From Eledone cirrhosa (lineage: Eukaryota): DNA of 64,000 nt. The position numbers were made by a program, and so were the translations under genes. The stretch spans positions 620,001-684,000 of the forward strand of contig OZ024749.1 of the NCBI GenBank assembly GCA_964016885.1, in the 5' to 3' direction. This document shows positions 38,301-51,512 of the stretch, one piece after another. Each line of letters opens with the position of its first letter. Positions within the stretch are counted from its first letter, which is position 1. The notes under the pieces are model-generated. The model saw nothing but the letters and a program-made list of their open reading frames with translations. It was not told where the DNA came from and searched no databases.

Positions 38301-41300
38301 ATGGTGTGTTAGGTAGGTGTGTACTGTATGGGGTGTTAGGTAGGTGTGTACTGTATGGTGTGTTAGGTAGGTGTGTACTGTATGGTGTGTTAGGTAGGTG
38401 TGTACTGTATGGTGTGTTAGGTAGGTGTGTACTGTATGGTGTGTTAGGTAGGTGTGTACTGTATGGTGAGTTAGGTGACTGTGTAGTGTATGGTGCGTTA
38501 GGTAGGTGTGTACTGTATGGTGTGTTAGGTAGGTGTGTAGTGTATGGTGTGTTAGGTAGGTGTGTACTGTATGGTGTGTTAGGTAGGTGTGTACTGTATG
38601 GTGAGTTAGGTGACTGTGTAGTGTATGGTGTGTTAGGTAGGTGTGTACTGTATGGTGTGTTAGGTAGGTGTGTACTGTATGGTGAGTTAGGTGACTGTGT
38701 ACTGTATGGTGGGTTAGGTAGGTGTGTACTGTATGGTGGGTTAGGTAGGTGTGTACTGTATGGTGTGTTAGGTAGGTGTGTACTGTATGGTGTGTTAGGT
38801 AGGTGTGTACTGTATGGTGAGTTAGGTGACTGTGTAGTGTATGGTGTGTTAAGTAGGTGTGTACTGTATGGTGTGTTAGGTGACTGTGTAGTGTATGGTG
38901 TGTTAGGTAGGTGTGTACTGTATGGTGTGTTAGGTAGGTGTGTACCGTATGGTGTGTTAGGTAGGTGTGTACTGTATGGTGTGTTAGGTAGGTGTGTACT
39001 GTATGGTGAGTTAGGTGACTGTGTAGTGTATGGTGTGTTAGGTAGGTGTGTACTGTATGGTGAGTTAGGTGACTGTGTAGTGTATGGTGTGTTAGGTAGG
39101 TGTGTACTGTATGGTGAGTTAGGTGACTGTGTACTGTATGGTGCGTTAGGTAGGTGTGTAGTGTATGGTGTGTTAGGTAGGTGTGTACTGTATGGTGTGT
39201 TAGGTAGGTGTGTACTGTATGGTGTGTTAGGTAGGTGTGTACTGTATGGTGAGTTAGGTGACTGTGTAGTGTATGGTGTGTTAGGTAGGTCTGTACTGTA
39301 TGGTGAGTTAGGTGACTGTGTAGTGTATGGTGTGTTAGGTAGGTGTGTACTGTATGGTGTGTTAGGTAGGTGTGTACTGTATGGTGAGTTAGGTGACTGT
39401 GTACTGTATGGTGGGTTAGGTAGGTGTGTACTGTATGGTGTGTTAGGTAGGTGTGTACTGTATGGTGTGTTAGGTAGGTGTGTACTGTATGGTGAGTTAG
39501 GTGACTGTAGTGTATGGTGTGTTAAGTAGGTGTGTACTGTATGGTGTGTTAGGTGACTGTGTAGTGTATGGTGTGTTAGGTAGGTGTGTACTGTATGGGG
39601 TGTTAGGTAGGTGTGTACTGTATGGTGTGTTAGGTAGGTGTGTACTGTATGGTGTGTTAGGTAGGTGTGTACTGTATGGTGTGTTAGGTAGGTGTGTACT
39701 GTATGGTGTGTTAGGTAGGTGTGTACTGTATGGTGAGTTAGGTGACTGTGTAGTGTATGGTGCGTTAGGTAGGTGTGTACTGTATGGTGTGTTAGGTAGG
39801 TGTGTAGTGTATGGTGTGTTAGGTAGGTGTGTACTGTATGGTGTGTTAGGTAGGTGTGTACTGTATGGTGTGTTAGGTAGGTGTGTACTGTATGGGGTGT
39901 TAGGTAGGTGTGTACTGTATGGTGAGTTAGGTGACTGTGTAGTGTATGGTGTGTTAGGTAGGTGTGTACTGTATGGTGAGTTAGGTGACTGTGTAGTATA
40001 TGGTGTGTTAGGTAGGTGTGTACTGTATGGTGAGTTAGGTGACTGTGTAGTATATGGTGTGTTAGGTAGGTGTGTACTGTATGGTGTGTTAGGTAGGTGT
40101 GTACTGTATGGTGAGTTAGGTGACTGTGTAGTGTATGGTGTGTTAGGTAGGTGTGTACTGTATGGTGAGTTAGGTGACTGTGTAGTGTATGGTGTGTTAG
40201 GTAGGTGTGTACTGTATGGTGTGTTAGGTAGGTGTGTACTGTATGGTGAGTTAGGTGACTGTGTAGTGTATGGTGTGTTAGGTAGGTGTGTACTGTATGG
40301 TGTGTTAGGTAGGTGTGTACTGTATGGTGAGTTAGGTGACTGTGTAGTGTATGGTGTGTTAGGTAGGTGTGTACTGTATGGTGTGTTAGGTAGGTGTGTA
40401 CTGTATGGTGAGTTAGGTGACTGTGTAGTGTATGGTGTGTTAGGTAGGTGTGTAGTGTATGGTGTGTTAGGTAGGTGTGTACTGTATGGTGGGTTAGGTA
40501 GGTGTGTAGTATATGGTGTATTAGGTAGGTGTGTACTGTATGGTGAGTTAGGTGACTGTGTAGTGTAGGTGTGTACTGTATGGTGTGTTAGGTAGGTGTG
40601 TAGTATATGGTGTGTTAGGTAGGTATGTACTGTATGGTGTGTTAGGTAGGTGTGTACTGTATGGTGTGTTAGGTAGGTGTGTACTGTATGGTGTGTTAGG
40701 TAGGTGTGTACTGTATGGTGAGTTAGGTGACTGTGTAGTGTATGGTGTGTTAGGTAGGTGTGTACTGTATGGTGTGTTAGGTAGGTGTGTACTGTATGGT
40801 GAGTTAGGTGACTGTGTACTGTATGGTGGGTTAGGTAGGTGTGTACTGTATGGTGTGTTAGGTAGGTGTGTACTGTATGGTGTGTTAGGTAGGTGTGTAC
40901 TGTATGGTGAGTTAGGTGACTGTGTAGTGTATGGTGTGTTAAGTAGGTGTGTACTGTATGGTGTGTTAGGTGACTGTGTAGTGTATGGTGTGTTAGGTAG
41001 GTGTGTACTGTATGGTGTGTTAGGTAGGTGTGTACTGTATGGTGAGTTAGGTGACTGTGTAGTATATGGTGTTAGGTAGGTGTGTACTGTATGGTGGGTT
41101 AGGTAGGTGTGTACTGTATTGTGTGTTAGGTGACTGTGTAGTGTATGGTGTGTACTGTATGGTGTGTTAGGTGACTGTGTAGTGTATGGTGTGTTAGGTA
41201 GGTGTGTACTGTATGGTGTGTTAGGTAGGTGTGTACTGTATGGTGTGTTAGGTAGGTGTGTACTGTATGGTGTGTTAGGTAGGTGTGTACTGTATGGTGA

Positions 41301-43999
41301 GTTAGGTGACTGTGTAGTGTATGGTGTGTTAGGTAGGTGTGTACTGTATGGTGTGTTAGGTAGGTGTGTAGTGTATGGTGTGTTAGGTAGGTGTGTACTG
41401 TATGGTGTGTACTGTATGGTGTGTTAGGTAGGCGTGTACTGTATGGTGAGTTAGGTAGGTGTGTACTGTATGGTGTGTACTGTATGGTGTGTTAGGTAGG
41501 TGTGTACTGTATGGTGAGTTAGGTGACTGTGTAGTATATGGTGTTAGGTAGGTGTGTACTGTATGGTGGGTTAGGTAGGTGTGTACTGTATTGTGTGTTA
41601 GGTGACTGTGTAGTGTATGGTGTGTTAGGTAGGTGTGTACTGTATGGTGTGTTAGGTGACTGTGTAGTGTATGGTGTGTTAGGTAGGTGTGTACTGTATG
41701 GTGTGTTAGGTGACTGTGTAGTGTATGGTGGGTTAGGTAGGTGTGTACTGTATGGTGAGTTAGGTGACTGTGTAGTGTATGGTGTGTTAGGTAGGTGTGT
41801 ACTGTATGGTGTGTTAGATGACTGTGTAGTGTATGGTGGGTTAGGTAGGTGTGTACTGTATGGTGTGTTAGGTAGGCGTGTACTGTATGGTGAGTTAGGT
41901 GACTGTGTAGTGTATGGTGTGTTAGGTAGGTGTGTACTGTATGGTGTGTTAGGTAGGTGTGTAGTGTATGGTGGGTTAGGTAGGTGTGTACTGTATGGTG
42001 TGTTAGGTAGGTGTGTACTGTATGGTGTGTACTGTATGGTGTGTTAGGTAGGCGTGTACTGTATGGTGAGTTAGGTGACTGTGTAGTGTATGGTGTGTTA
42101 GGTAGGTGTGTACTGTATGGTGTGTTAGGTAGGTATGTACTGTATGGTGTGTTAGGTAGGTGTGTACTGTATGGTGTGTTAGGTAGGTGTGTACTGTATG
42201 GTGTGTTAGGTAGGTGTGTACTGTATGGTGAGTTAGGTGACTGTGTAGTGTATGGTGTGTTAGGTAGGTGTGTACTGTATGGTGTGTTAGGTAGGTGTGT
42301 ACTGTATGGTGAGTTAGGTGACTGTGTACTGTATGGTGGGTTAGGTAGGTGTGTACTGTATGGTGGGTTAGGTAGGTGTGTACTGTATGGTGTGTTAGGT
42401 AGGTGTGTACTGTATGGTGTGTTAGGTAGGTGTGTACTGTATGGTGAGTTAGGTGACTGTGTAGTGTATGGTGTGTTAAGTAGGTGTGTACTGTATGGTG
42501 TGTTAGGTGACTGTGTAGTGTATGGTGTGTTAGGTAGGTGTGTACTGTATGGTGTGTTAGGTAGGTGTGTACCGTATGGTGTGTTAGGTAGGTGTGTACT
42601 GTATGGTGTGTTAGGTAGGTGTGTACTGTATGGTGAGTTAGGTGACTGTGTAGTGTATGGTGTGTTAGGTAGGTGTGTACTGTATGGTGTGTTAGGTAGG
42701 TGTGTAGTGTATGGTGTGTTAGGTAGGTGTGTACTGTATGGTGTGTTAGGTAGGTGTGTACTGTATGGTGTGTTAGGTAGGCGTGTACTGTATGGTGAGT
42801 TAGGTAGGTGTGTACTGTATGGTGTGTTAGGTAGGTGTGTACTGTATGGTGTGTTAGGTAGGTGTGTACTGTATGGTGAGTTAGGTGACTGTGTAGTATA
42901 TGGTGTTAGGTAGGTGTGTACTGTATGGTGGGTTAGGTAGGTGTGTACTGTATTGTGTGTTAGGTGACTGTGTAGTGTATGGTGTGTACTGTATGGTGTG
43001 TTAGGTGACTGTGTAGTGTATGGTGTGTTAGGTAGGTGTGTACTGTATGGTGTGTTAGGTGACTGTGTAGTGTATGGTGAGTTAGGTAGGTGTGTACTGT
43101 ATGGTGAGTTAGGTGACTGTGTAGTGTATGGTGTGTTAGGTAGGTGTGTACTGTATGGTGTGTTAGATGACTGTGTAGTGTATGGTGGGTTAGGTAGGTG
43201 TGTACTGTATGGTGTGTTAGGTAGGCGTGTACTGTATGGTGTGTTAGGTAGGTGTGTACTGTATGGTGTGTTAGGTAGGCGTGTACTGTATGATGAGTTA
43301 GGTGACTGTGTAGTGTATGGTGTGTTAGGTAGGTGTGTACTGTATGGTGTGTTAGGTAGGCGTGTACTGTATGGTGAGTTAGGTGACTGTGTAGTGTATG
43401 GTGTGTACTGTATGGTGTGTTAGGTGACTGTGTAGTGTATGGTGGGTTAGGTAGGTGTGTACTGCATGGTGTGTTAGGTAGGCGTGTACTATATGGTGTG
43501 TTAGGTAGGTGTGTACTGTATGGTGTGTTAGGTAGGCGTGTACTGTATGGTGAGTTAGGTGACTGTGTAGTGTATGGTGTGTTAGGTAGGTGTGTAGTGT
43601 ATGGTGTGTTAGGTAGGTGTGTACTGTATGGTGAGTTAGGTGACTGTGTACTGTATGGTGTGTTAGGTAGGTGTGTACTGTATGGTGTGTTAGGTAGGTG
43701 TGTACTGTATGGTGTGTTAGGTGACTGTGTATGCTGTATGGTGTGTTAGGTGACTGTGTACTGTATAGTGTGTTAGGTAGGTGTGTACTGTATGGTGTAT
43801 TAGGTAGGTGTGTATTATATGGTGTGTACTCTATGGTGTGTTAGGTGACTGTGTACTGTATGGTGTGTTAGGTGACTGTGTACTTATTGGTGTGTTAGGT
43901 GACTGTGTATTGTATGGTGTGTTAGGTAGGTGTGTACTGTATGGTGTGTTAGGTAGGTGTGTACTGTATGGTGTGTTCGGTAGGTGTGTACTGTATGGT
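29387..43999. repeat. 14.6-kb satellite of 27-bp units with higher-order structure
   Basis: Two main units, GGTGTGTTAGGTAGGTGTGTACTGTAT and GGTGAGTTAGGTGACTGTGTAGTGTAT, give about 540 units by length. Occasional 14-bp and 25-bp units shift the frame. Confidence 0.98.
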
Positions 44000-44597
44000 A
44001 TCTTGGTTACCAATAGCAAGAGCAGTTAATTTGACCACCATCCCATCCCCAACCCCAAAAAATAAAGAAAATAACACAAATGCCACAATTTAAAAAATTT
44101 ATCTTGCTAGTATGTTGTCAAAGCTGACATCTACATAAGTTGACCACTTATGGTTTTGAATATCATGTTAAGTGTTTAATGATTGTGGTTCCTATATTGT
44201 AGAGCTGACACCTATGTAGGTTTAGTTGGCCTCCCGTAGCGTCTCAGGTCTTTTAACAATAGTGGTCCCAGTTCTATCATCTTGTTGCTATGTGAAATGT
44301 AGCGTCTTGCTTAACAACAAAACATATCCCAATCCAAGAATCAAACCCACAACTTTTGAGTCCAAACATACTTAAGGAAAAAAAGATTTACAGCTCACAC
44401 ATATGTAGGTGGCCTCCTATGAGGTTGTGTATCAAAAATAGTTTCTCAGGTATTTTAAAGATAGAGGCAAGGCGCCAATCCTATCATGAAAAGCAATGTG
44501 AAATGGAGTATCTTTCTCATGGATAAAATGCATGGGCTGGTGTAAGAATTGAACCCACAACCATATAACACTCAGTGCAATAAGCTAACCATACTAG

Positions 44598-44850
44598 TAT
44601 CATCATCAGTTTTATGTCCATTTTTCCATGCTAGCACGAGTTAGATGAGTTGTCCTGTTGTGGGCAATGCTAGGTCACGTGACCATTTGTCCACACAGAA
44701 CTGATTTGGGCTGGTTTCTACAGCTGGATGCCCTTCCTAATGCCAACCTCATTTACAGTGAGTACTGGGTCCTTTTTGTCAGGTTGCCTACATGGCCACT
44801 TTACAGTGTGGACTGGGTGCTTTTTGTCATGATACTTACACATCCACTAG
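44598..44850 (-). mobile_element. RTE 3' UTR fragment
   Basis: (CAT)n followed by CAGCTGGATGCCCTTCCTAATGCCAACCTCATTTACAGTG. Confidence 0.8.
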
Positions 44851-46992
44851 TACAGAAATATATATAATGTGTGTGCGTAAAACAAAACACAAACAAACCC
44901 TAGCTTTGACCGCAATTAATGTGGTAAAATCTATCCTTTAATTTGATGTGAATAGCAGATGGCAAAGTCAAGTCAAAGTGAAACCAAATTCTAAAAATAG
45001 TCTTAATTGGAATGGTAAAATATGTCAGGCTTGATAAGAAATATTAACATTTATAAATACTGAATTACTTGTGTGTATAGAAATAAACAAAAATATGTTT
45101 ATACAAAAAATATTATGAGGTCATTTTCCCAGCCGAAGCAAAGGTTACCCTTGCAAACTCCATAACAGGTTTCTTACTAATCCTTCGATCATTCTCGGGG
45201 CGATGTTTTATGAGTGAATGGCCTTCCTAGTACCAACTTTTTAGTTGCTTCTTATGATATTCAGGGATATAAGGTACCTATTCAAAATCTCATACATACA
45301 GTAAACCAAAATATATGAACACACACGCACATATATATATATATGGATGAGAGGAGGGCTGTGTGGTTACTGATAACGGGTGTTAGAAGATAAGGAGACA
45401 CAAACAAGAGGTGGACAGTCTCCCTTCGTCAGTAGTTTACTATGGGTCACGGATGTTTCGGCACATTATAAACTATACATCTATCCATAACGCGCCCATA
45501 GCCTTTTATCTATCAAAAGGCCATGAAGGAGAGAAAGAAAAGAAGAAAGAGAGAAGAAAAAAGGGAAAAAAAAAACATACTGATAGAAGGAAGAACAATA
45601 GTACATGTAAGCAAGTAACCGAGAGAATGGAGATCAAGTTTAAAAAAGCTGTTGGGTTTAAGCCCAGGGCCATGAGTGAAAGCATAGCAGAAAGAGAGGA
45701 AAACGGAGGAAAAGGAAGCGAGGGGGAGTAGAAAGTGGAGGGGGTGAGTGAGGGATAGAGAGATTGGGGGAGGGGGGAAGGGAGTTAATCCAAACGAGTG
45801 TACGACATCACAATAGAGCTCTGAGAAAGACAACAAGTACAGTTTGACCACACAAAAATCCACATTTTTCTTGATCATATGCCAGGACTCAAATTTAATA
45901 TGAGCATTGCCAAGGCTTAAAAGTTAACCAAAGTGTTACTAACAGTCCTGTTACAAAGTGTTAGTGACATCAATAAAACTATTTAATTTTATTTAATTAA
46001 TGACACTTTCTCAGAATTGCATATAGACTTAGATTAAAAAAAAAAAAAAATGTGTGAAAACTAATTCCTGGAAGCAAACACATTAGTAGGAAAGAAAAAG
46101 AAAAAATGAATCAGACTACTCCTGAAAATGTAAACACTACAACAAATTATCTGACGCTTGGGGAACCAGCTGGAGATGATTGTTTCTAACAGGACCCGTT
46201 AGAAGGATTGTTTGAGCACTCCCCCCACAATCCCCTCAAGAAGAAGAAGAATAATAAGAATAAGAAGAGGATATTTGACCAATATTTCTCAAAAAAAAAT
46301 GAAATTACAATGAGAGTTAATAAAAAACATTCTCAATATGACAATTCCATGATAATTTGGGGCTCTAGAAGACTTATGTAGCTCAATTTAGTGCATTGGA
46401 TTTGTGTTGTTTCAGCCCTTGGTGCACGAGAATACGCCATTTCAGCAAGTAGCATCAATATGCATTATGAACATCCATGGTATTCCCGTTTTTATTGACT
46501 TTGTACTTTTGACCCATCTCATACCCAGAATCAGCAATGGCTGTATTGAATTTGCAAGAAATTTTTCTTTCTTTTGGTTATAAAAATATTGAAAAAAATC
46601 TGTTCTTTCTTAAGTGAAAATTAATGATAAAATTATCTCCCATAGATTTTTTATATTGAAATAAAGCAAACAAAAAAAAAGCCCTCTTTGTGATTGTATC
46701 ATTTTCAACACAAATCAAGTTATACTATTCAGCAGTCAAAAACGAACACAGGACAAAAGTTTTAAATGGCTGGAAATACAAGAGTGATTAAGGAGTAAGG
46801 AGATGTGGCATGATATACAAGTGTTGGATTTTGATCAAAAGTATATGAGAAGAAAGTTCATATCCAAATTTTTCAAACAATATATAATTGTCCACAGAAA
46901 AAAATGTATTTTGACATGAAAAATGATCAAGCAAACTATGTGTGTAGCCCCTTCCACAGAGCTCTTTTTAATCTATTGTAAAGCTCCAAACT

Positions 46993-47260
46993 TACAGACA
47001 GGATTCAGTTTTATACACCATGTCTGAGCCCCCTACAGATAACAGATCAGACAAGATTCAGTTTTATACACCATGTCTGAGCCCCCTACAGATAACAGAT
47101 CAGACAAGATTCAGTTTTATACACCATGTCTGAGCCCCCCACAGATAACAGATCAGACAAGATTCAGTTTTATACACCATGTCTGAGCCCCCTACAGATA
47201 ATAGATCAGGCAAGATTCAGTTTTATACACCATGTCTGAGCCCCCTACAGATAACAGATC
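46993..47260. repeat. 53-bp minisatellite x5
   Basis: GATTCAGTTTTATACACCATGTCTGAGCCCCC recurs at 47002, 47055, 47108, 47161 and 47214. Confidence 0.95.
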
Positions 47261-48163
47261 AATTTCAAAGATATGACATTACAAATATGGGTAATCATTT
47301 AGGCCTAATTAGGCAAGATTGTAACCAATTTGCTGACCATTCAAATTGTCATATTTCTTAAAATACCCAAAATTTCACAAATGAGATATCAAAATGTTTC
47401 TTTTTGATAAAAGAATCTCTCCAACAGTAGAAGTTAGATTTAAATATTTTCAAAAATTAATAGTGATACCTAATAATATACATTATATATATAGAATGGG
47501 AGAAGTAGAGAGCACTACCAGGATACTATGAAAGATTACTGAATGAGGAGAATGCATGAGATGAGGACAGTCTGTCACATGTCGACCCAACAGAAGGACT
47601 GTCAGTACAAGTCAGCAGTAGGCAATCAAGGATATGAAGTCAGGCAGGGCAGCTAGACCTTCAAGGATAGTTGCCGAGATGCTGCAAGTATCTGGGATGG
47701 TGGGCCACAACATAACCACCCATGTTGTAAACCAAGTAATACAAAATGGTGTCATACCCAATGACTGGTGTAGCAGCATCATTCTCAACTGTTACAAGGG
47801 CAAAGGAGATGCTCTAGACAGAGAAATCTATAGAGGTATTAAGTCATGAAGGTCACAGAAAGAGTTATGGCACAGCTGATCAGAGACCAAGTAAACCTAG
47901 ATGAGATGCAGTTCGGATTTGTGCCAGGTAAAAGTACCACTGATGCTATCTTCCTTGTGAAGCAACTGCAGAAGTCCTTAGCTAAAACTAAATCCCTATA
48001 CTTGGCATTTGTGGACCTGGAGAAAGCTTTTGACAGAACCCTCAATTTCATTATCTGGTGGGCTCTTAAAAAACTAGATGAGTGACTTGTGAAGGCAGTA
48101 CAAGCAATGTTTAGAGGAACAGTCAGCAAGGTTACACTATAGTGATGAATCTAGCATGCAGGT

Positions 48164-48512
48164 ATCATCATTCATCATCATCATTTCATTTTACGTCCGC
48201 TTTTTCCCTGCTTGCAAGGGTGGGACGGGAACTGATTTTGGCTTGATTTCTACAGCTGGATGCCCTTCCTAACACCAACCTCATTTACAGTGAGTGCTGG
48301 GTGCTTTTTTGCCGTGGCGCCTACACGTCCACTTTGCAGTGGAATGATATGGACCCCAGTCCCTATCATCTCATTTCTACAGCTGAGTAAACTGGAGCAA
48401 TGTGAAATAAAGTGTCTTGCTCAAGGAAACAACACATCACCCTGTCTGAGAATTGAACTCACAACCTTTTGATTGCAAGGCCAATGCTCTAACCACTAAG
48501 CCATGTGCCTCC
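48164..48512 (-). mobile_element. tRNA/CORE-like SINE with RTE tail (second full copy)
   Basis: Near-identical to 382-716. It splits the RTE at the QVG|VHQG motif. Confidence 0.9.
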
Positions 48513-48946
48513 ATGAGTACATTAAGGCTGTTCTTAACCTTCTCCTGTTTATTACCACCTTACAAGCTATAATAGAGAAGTTTGGGACTGGCTGCATTTG
48601 GGAACTTCTATATGCAGAAGATCTAACTCTCATAGCTGAATCTATGGCAGATCTAGAGAAGAAATTCCAAACCTGGAAGCAATTTAAAGGTCTTAAAGTT
48701 AACATGGCAAAGACCAAAGTCCTAGTATGTACAAAGGATAACAGGGCCCAGATTCCCTCAAGGAAATGGCTTTGCTCAGTGTGTAGGAAAGGAGTAGGTA
48801 GAAATTCCATCCTATGCTCCAAATGTATACGATGGGTACACAAGATGTAGTGGGATTTCAAGTAGGCTAGCAAAGAACACAGGTTTTATATGTGGTCATT
48901 GTACAGGTTCAAGTGACAACAGCCCACATGATGCTAACACCTTTAA

Positions 48947-50113
48947 CACTTTAGCATTCACATTATTTTCAGTTAATCGTTAACTTTGCCTTTCATCATT
49001 ACGGGGTCGATAAAATAAAGTACCAGTAATGTACTGGATAATTGCTGTCCTTGTGCCTAAAGTAGAAACAATTATTTTCAGTTAATCGTACTCAAGAGGG
49101 TTATCAATTTTATTTGTTTGTAATTTTCTTTATTTTCTATGTGTAGGCTTGAAATTTTGTCAGTAGATGTTTAACTATCAATAATTTACAATTATATAAT
49201 TTTACCTGATTTTTTCTTTTGTTAAATTTGACTTTTATGGGCAGGTGAAATTAATTAATAGGGGCATTTGAAGTATCGACCAAGTGCAAATACTGGTTTA
49301 ATTTTAAATACGTTGTTTTTGGCATAATACTTGATATATAAGGATCACTAAATCTTATATCAGTGCTCCAGTAATTCCACAGTCTTGGAAATTGTTTTAT
49401 ACCGAACATAATATTTACGGTAAAAAATGCTTGCATTTCCGCAGCATCTGTCGGTCGCCATAACAGATCGGGTTTTCCTCGATTTGAAATCTGTTGTTGG
49501 GCATATCGATTAATCTCTTCTGCCACAACTCCGAAGAAAGTTTGTGATAAAAACAAAAAGAAATAATCCAATGCTTTAGCATTGGGAGGTAATGTGTGTT
49601 GTGGACCAGTATTTTGAATAAAATCAGGAACATGTATTGGTGTGGTATTTTTCAACCACGTTGCTATAATATTTTCAATGGCGTCCTTTGTTTTCACTTT
49701 CAAAATAATCATCGTCGGATGAAATTTCAGAAATATAAACATCAGGTTCATTTGAAGATAAATCACTAATATTATCTTTTGTTTCTTGTTCATTCTGAAT
49801 GTCGTCGAGTGTAAGACCTTCAAAATCGGTATTGCTACTTTCACAAGCCATGTTGATAAACAAAAAAATCTGTTCTACTTTCAACGTTAAAAAAAACACG
49901 TGTTGTTTCAAGTTGTTTTACTATATTAAGTGTTAATTTTCACGATAAGGGCCTAATCTCGCAGTAATCTCGAATTGACAAGATTTTGATGACAGTAGTG
50001 TTTATTTTTAGAACAATATTTTAGTGTGGGTCTTGTTGGCCTGTTTCAGGTGGTTTGAACAAAGGAAGGGGAAATAATTACGGCCGGTTTAGGGCAGTTT
50101 GAACACTAAAGGA
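48947..50113 (-). mobile_element. internally deleted piggyBac (N-terminal transposase fragment)
   Basis: TTAA at 48943-48946 and 50114-50117, with TIRs CACTTTAGCATTC and GAACACTAAAGGA. ORFs show an acidic N-terminus and LDYFFLF...EEINRYAQQ...W..T..EMQAF...YWSTD...YLHL. Confidence 0.9.
48981..49070 (+). mobile_element. 5'-truncated Nin-like SINE with 19-bp TSD
   Basis: ATTATTTTCAGTTAATCGT is duplicated at 48962-48980 and 49071-49089. The body reads GCCTTTCATCATTACGGGGTCGATAAAATAAAGTACCAG. Confidence 0.85.
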
Positions 50114-51382
50114 TTAAATGCCCAGAGAACTCAGTAGAAGTAGATGATATTTCCTTTAGCAACCAAATTAGCAGTGGAAGTGGGTGTTCCGAAAGTAGTG
50201 TAGCCAGAGTGAGAACAGGATGGAGAAAGTTCAGGGAGTAACTACCGTTGTTAACCACAAAAGGTTTTCCCCTCAAAATGAAGGGCACATTTACGATGCA
50301 TGTATACGAAAACCAATGTTACATGGTAGTGAGACCTGGGCACTGTGTGCAGAGAACTTGCGAAGATTGGAAAGAAATGAAGCTTCCATGCTTTGATGGA
50401 TGTGTAATATGTGAATGGCAAAGCATAAATGAACTGAGAGAGAAACTACGCATCAGAGGGATCAGATGCAGTGTGCATTGGTATGGACATGTGATGCATA
50501 TGAAGGATGACAATGACAGATGTATAAAAAGGTGCAAGGGGCTCAAAGTTGATGGAAGCTATGGAGTAGGAAGACTTGGGATGAGGTGACAAAAGCTGAC
50601 CTTGCACAATGGTGATGACAGAAGAATGTGGTCTCTGGTGCTCTGCATTAATACTGAAGACCCACCCTCCCATATGCAGATGCTGAGGCATACATTTAGT
50701 ATGCATCACCTTCCTTCCCATTCACCTCCCCCTCACTGTAATCCATCCACCCCTATACCTACCTCCCCAAACTCCATACATCTCCCCCACCCAAGTCCCC
50801 AATCCTCACCATAAAATGCTCATCCTGGAGCCATGACAAAAAGCATCCAGTCCACATTGTAAACTGGTTGTGTAGGTGTCACGTCAAAAAGCACCCAGTA
50901 CACATGGTAAATGTGGTTGGCAGCAGGATGGGCATCTAGCCATAGAAACCAGGCCCAAATCAGACAGCACGTCTTACCCAAGCTAGCGTGGAAAATGGAC
51001 ATCAAACGATGATGATATATTCAAAAGATCAATAAAGAGGGACTACTCAAATGATACAAACCTTTCTTACGAGACTTTAATTCTTATTTTATTATTCCAA
51101 AATATATATTGACTGTGGTATGGAACAGGTATGACTGTGGTCAACAAGTTTGTTTTGCAACTACATGGTTCCAGTGAGTGGCACCTTGGGTAAACCTTGT
51201 CAGTGAACAGTGTAGATGGAAACTGTCAAAACGTCTATTGTGTGTGAGTGTATGCTAGACTACTGTAGATATTAACACATCAGAGAGTAGCAGTTTGATG
51301 AAGCAGAGAAGTATATACTATACTTATAAAGGAGAAAAACAAATGTAATCTGGCAATGCACACAGCATATATTATAAAAACA

Positions 51383-51512
51383 ATGATGATGATGGTGGTG
51401 ATGATAATGATGGTAATGTTGGTGATGGTAATGATGGTGATGATGGTGGTGGTGGTAATGTTGATGATGGTGGTGGTGGTGGTGGTGGTAATGATGATAA
51501 TGATGGTGATGA
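51383..51512. repeat. (GAT/GGT)n trinucleotide microsatellite
   Basis: Direct inspection. Confidence 0.9.

Larger units (their letters stand above)
47495..51015 (+). mobile_element. decayed, 5'-truncated RTE LINE interrupted by a SINE and a piggyBac
   Basis: RT motifs YKGKGDA, QFGFVPGKSTTDAIF, FVDLEKAFD and LLYAEDL, the Cys-rich finger, and a 3' UTR ending in (GAT)n. Confidence 0.9.

Noticed and set aside
29387-43999. Telomere or interstitial telomeric array
   Set aside because: TTAGG occurs only once per 27-bp unit and never as (TTAGGG)n or (TTAGG)n.
29428-44029. Long plus-strand ORFs (VLYGVLGRC)n as protein-coding genes
   Set aside because: They are a by-product of a stop-free 27-bp unit, are frequently frameshifted, and show no codon-position-biased variation.
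45380-45470. Hammerhead candidate (CTGACGA plus GGAGAC/GTCTCC stem on the minus strand)
   Set aside because: No GAAA follows stem II and there is no matching stem I.
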